This document shows positions 61,744-64,000 of a stretch of 64,000 nucleotides of DNA, piece by piece. Under the pieces are notes generated by a model. It searched no databases and was not told the origin of the DNA. It saw only the letters and a list, made by a program, of their open reading frames with translations. Both the position numbers and the translations under genes were made by a program. The first letter of the stretch is position 1, and every line of letters starts with the position of its first letter. Source of the DNA: Nemertoderma westbladi (taxonomy: Eukaryota; Animalia; Xenacoelomorpha); NCBI GenBank assembly GCA_032718475.1, contig JAUCBJ010008761.1, forward strand, positions 11,301 through 75,300. The letters are read 5' to 3'.

Positions 61744-62560
61744 TGTAGTTATGTACTGTACAGCATTTTATTACTGTAAGGCAACCGTTTACAAGGTAAA
61801 CTAACTTTGTGGCTGACAAAGCGATGGGAAAAATCGTCTACGTGCGGTATAGGCAGAGCCGTTCTAGAATATATTAATTACTGCCGTTATGGTAATAAAA
61901 CACGAAATTTTTCTTATCATTGATTTGTGCTTTGGTATATCAAGCCTACACACTATATACCCTGTAATACCAAACCGATATCAGCCAGATCGGTGGCTGA
62001 TGAAGCAATTTTGTAGCGATCAGATCCAAATAATCCAATAATTATTTAGGGCCGGGTGGTACTGTACAATCGACAACTACAGATGCTGGTAAAGCTGATG
62101 GCAATTTTCTTCAGCTGTGTTAACGATTACGTGTACCGGTACCTAAGGCTGAAGGTTGAAGCAATAAATAACTCCCCATTGTGTGACATGTTGTGTTGTA
62201 GCCTAGCACTTTTCAGCGTAATCGCTAGTTTGTATTATGTAGGCCTACTGAGCGAGCGTGGTTAGTTGTGATTAGTGTCAACTTTCGGCATTCTTCCGCG
62301 CCCATGTGAAGAATACAAGGTTTTCATTTTTTGGTTGAAATTTGATTGAATTTTTATATATGAAGAATTTGTAAGCCTACGGTATTTGTTGCACTATTAT
62401 TATGTACTGGAATACAGCAACCACTTACTGTACTTTAGAGGACTTAAAACTTTCGTTTACTATAGTAAACAAAACACTGTTGTTGCCCAGTCTGCCGGTG
62501 GCTTTAAACTGAAAGAATATACACCCGGTACCGTGTAGGCTACCAAACTACCAGTACCGG

Positions 62561-63298
62561 TGTAACGGCGGTGTGCCAGTGTCCCCCGAAGACTCGGTAC
62601 CCCCGGACCGGATCTGCTAGCGGATTTGGCCCCCCAAAGTTATTGCAATAAATTCTAAATACACTTCCAGAAGGTCGCGCTTATTTCCTTATTGTAAATG
62701 ATACAGTAGCGGTACTGCAGTATATCGTACTGATATTGATAGAAATTAATTCTTATTGTAATGACGTTACATTATTGTTTTACCTTACAGTATTTTGGTT
62801 AGAAAATATCCTTCTCTCCTGCAAGTTTGAAATATGATAGCATAACTTTAACCATATGCTAGTGAATTTAGCCCCCCCCCCCACGAAAATAATATTTGTA
62901 AAACCATTTATATACAGATATAGGCAGATAGGGTTATTAATCTATTTCATGAGTTCGTTCATTGCAGTATTGAATTAAACGAAATACAAACCAATGATAT
63001 CTGGAAACTCCTGAACTATAATTTATTAGTTTAAATAGGGATTGCAAAATCTCTTCCCCCTCGTCCTGTTTCCCACCTTGCGCCGTTCTACATCCAATGA
63101 CCGACGCTATCCAACGCAGCAACACATTCTCTTCATACTCTTCTGCAGTAGGGGTACTACAGTTTAACACACTAAAACAGTCTTGACTGTGTAGTGAAAT
63201 AGTAATTTAAAGGGGGGGCTGAATCTGCAGAGAGGGGACAGTATCCGCTAGCGGATTCGGTCCCCCCAGACCGCAGGGGGACAGATTCCGCTGTTACA
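62561..63298. mobile_element. MITE-like element with TGTAAC termini
   Basis: TGTAACGGCGG / CCGCTGTTACA ends and subterminal ATC.GCTAGCGGAT palindromes at both ends. Another TGTAACAG start follows at 63301. Confidence 0.55.
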
Positions 63299-63520
63299 GG
63301 TGTAACAGGCGAAAATGCGCACGCCCCCCCCTCCACCCCCCCCCCCCTTCCGGTCATTTCGCCCTTCGCTAAATGCCACCCCACAGCATTTTCAACCCAG
63401 ATTTCGAGAGTGGCTGTCCGAAACCCTAATTCAAAGTGAAATGGCGGCCCGAAACCCTAATAAAAACTGTCATGTAACCCTAACCCTATGCCATGAGGCT
63501 CTAATTTTTTAATATAATCA

Positions 63521-63569
63521 ATTTTGACCCTTGCCATTGGCACTTCGGGCCAATGGCAAGGGTCAAAAT
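63521..63569. repeat. Perfect 21-bp-stem hairpin, probably the end of a HINE-like element
   Basis: ATTTTGACCCTTGCCATTGGC-ACTTCGG-GCCAATGGCAAGGGTCAAAAT. Confidence 0.9.
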
Positions 63570-63589
63570 ATTTGCGGCATCATTTGCAT

Positions 63590-64000
63590 CATGGGTTACG
63601 TTGAGAGATTCCACTATGCGGAAACCAGAATGGGTTCCATTGAGAGACTGCTACGCGTAAACGAGAATGGGTTCCGTTGAGAGACTGCTACGCGGAAACG
63701 AGAATGGGTTCCGTTGAGAGACTGCTACGCGGAAACGAGAATGGGTTCCGTTGAGAGACTGCTACGCGTAAACGAGAATGGGTTCCGTTGAGAGACTGCT
63801 ACGCGGAAACGAGAATGGGTTCCGTTGAGAGACTGCTACGCGTAAACGAGAATGGGTTCCGTTGAGAGACTGCTACGCGGAAACCAGAATGGGTTCCGTT
63901 GAGAGACTGCTACGCGTAAACGAGAATGGGTTCCGTTGAGAGACTGCTACGCGTAAACGAGAATGGGTTCGTTGAGAGACTGCTACGCGGAAACCAGAAC
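63590..64000. repeat. 37-bp minisatellite, ~11 copies, running off the window end
   Basis: Unit GAGAATGGGTTCCGTTGAGAGACTGCTACGCG(G/T)AAAC, period 37 (63663, 63700, ...). Confidence 0.96.

Noticed and set aside
63590-64000. CRISPR-like array (37-bp repeats)
   Set aside because: Head-to-tail repeats with no spacers, no cas genes, eukaryotic context.

Overview
AT-rich, repeat-dense animal (probably invertebrate) genomic DNA; the species cannot be identified from sequence alone. Host genes are an RPL30 with an intron-free CDS (2584-2913, +), a 7-coding-exon DOK4/5/6-type PH+PTB adaptor assembled by hand on the minus strand (30803->10983, ~326 aa, absent from the ORF track), and a single-exon secreted 16-Cys protein (61063-61743, -). 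The largest feature is a 15.7-kb BEL/Pao LTR retrotransposon (36537-52196, -) with an intact 2676-aa Gag-Pol. It has no TGG-type tRNA primer-binding site. Instead, the 12 nt next to the 5' LTR are perfectly complementary to a 12-mer inside the LTR, the geometry of Tf1-style self-priming. Its LTRs differ very unevenly and it has no target-site duplication, which points to a recombinant 3' LTR. It abuts an older BEL/Pao element carrying a decayed ~3-kb extra ORF after pol. Other elements include pogo/Tc2-, Harbinger- and IS3EU-type non-autonomous transposons, a Foldback/MULE element with 10-bp modular arms and a 9-bp TSD, and Helentron/DINE-like elements (one with a 315-bp array of ten CTCF-like motifs). 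There are also RTE LINE fragments, a solo LTR, possible very old DIRS/Ngaro relics, a pseudo-tRNA and 14-, 37- and 40-bp satellites. All alignments and counts were done by eye.
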